Positions 63,620 through 64,000 of a stretch of 64,000 nt of DNA are shown here, piece after piece. A program made the translations under genes and the position numbers. Location: assembly GCA_964016885.1 (NCBI GenBank), contig OZ024741.1:399466001-399530000 (forward strand), in the 5' to 3' direction. The notes below the pieces were generated by a model. It had not been told where the DNA came from and searched no databases. It worked only from the letters and a program-made list of their open reading frames with translations. Positions within the stretch are counted from its first letter, which is position 1, and every line of letters begins with the position of its first letter. The DNA comes from Eledone cirrhosa. Its lineage: Eukaryota.

Positions 63620-64000
63620 TTCTTTGAGACTCAGTCATTGATGTTAGTTAACTGCAAAGTTTGTTGAAATGAATATCAATCCACTACCTGCAGCCTCAGA
63701 TATTCAGGACGTATCGGAGGGTTCTTGCTGTTCCCAGCAAGCATGCCTTTTGAAGCGTTCCAAAAAGCGTGGCGGGTCCAATTTTCTTTAACCATCCCTG
63801 GAAACTTTTTGAGATAGTCCCTAGTGCGCCTATGACAATCGGGACCACTTTGACTTCATGGCAGTTCCAAATCCTTTTTACCTCCCACTTTAAGTCCTGG
63901 TATCGGTTAATTTTTTCCCTCTCCTTCTCTTGCACTCTCGTGTCGAATGGGCAGGCCACATCCACAATCAGGCACGATCCTTTTCCTTGTCCAAAACCAC
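63620..64000 (-). mobile_element. 3' end of an R4/Dong-type non-LTR retrotransposon; continues beyond the window
   Basis: ORF tail DVACPFD...EKINRYQDL..EVKRIW...VVPIVIGALG...LQKACLLGTA is a restriction-like endonuclease C-terminus (stop at 63696). A short 3'UTR is followed by (TAA)n at 63582-63619. Confidence 0.88.

Overview
AT-rich, microsatellite-dense eukaryotic (animal) DNA with no recognisable host gene. The SINE families resemble, from memory only, those of cephalopods (Octopus). Positions 1864-28920 are a ~27 kb satellite of TTGTAC(TG)n units (mostly 14/16 bp) with nested higher-order duplications; all its long Cys/Val or His/Thr ORFs are artefacts. Positions 33.9-50.1 kb hold three head-to-tail, decayed Tx1/L1-type non-LTR retrotransposons (family A, family B, family A), each joined through (TCTA)n. 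The rest is tRNA-derived SINEs, piggyBac- and hAT-like MITEs, CRE and R4/Dong fragments, a 42-bp minisatellite, and about eight unrelated fold-back or hammerhead-bearing segments next to (TA)n tracts, resembling Penelope-like element (PLE) ends. The best leads are: (1) the diverse hammerhead-bearing palindromes, whose inversion points often fall in the ribozyme; (2) cis-signals shared by the two divergent Tx1 families: a covarying 5'UTR hairpin pair, a 3'UTR pseudoknot and a possible ~52-nt intron over the ORF1 stop that would fuse ORF1 to ORF2 in frame; (3) apparent (TCTA)n target specificity. All structures were folded by eye, with no searches run.
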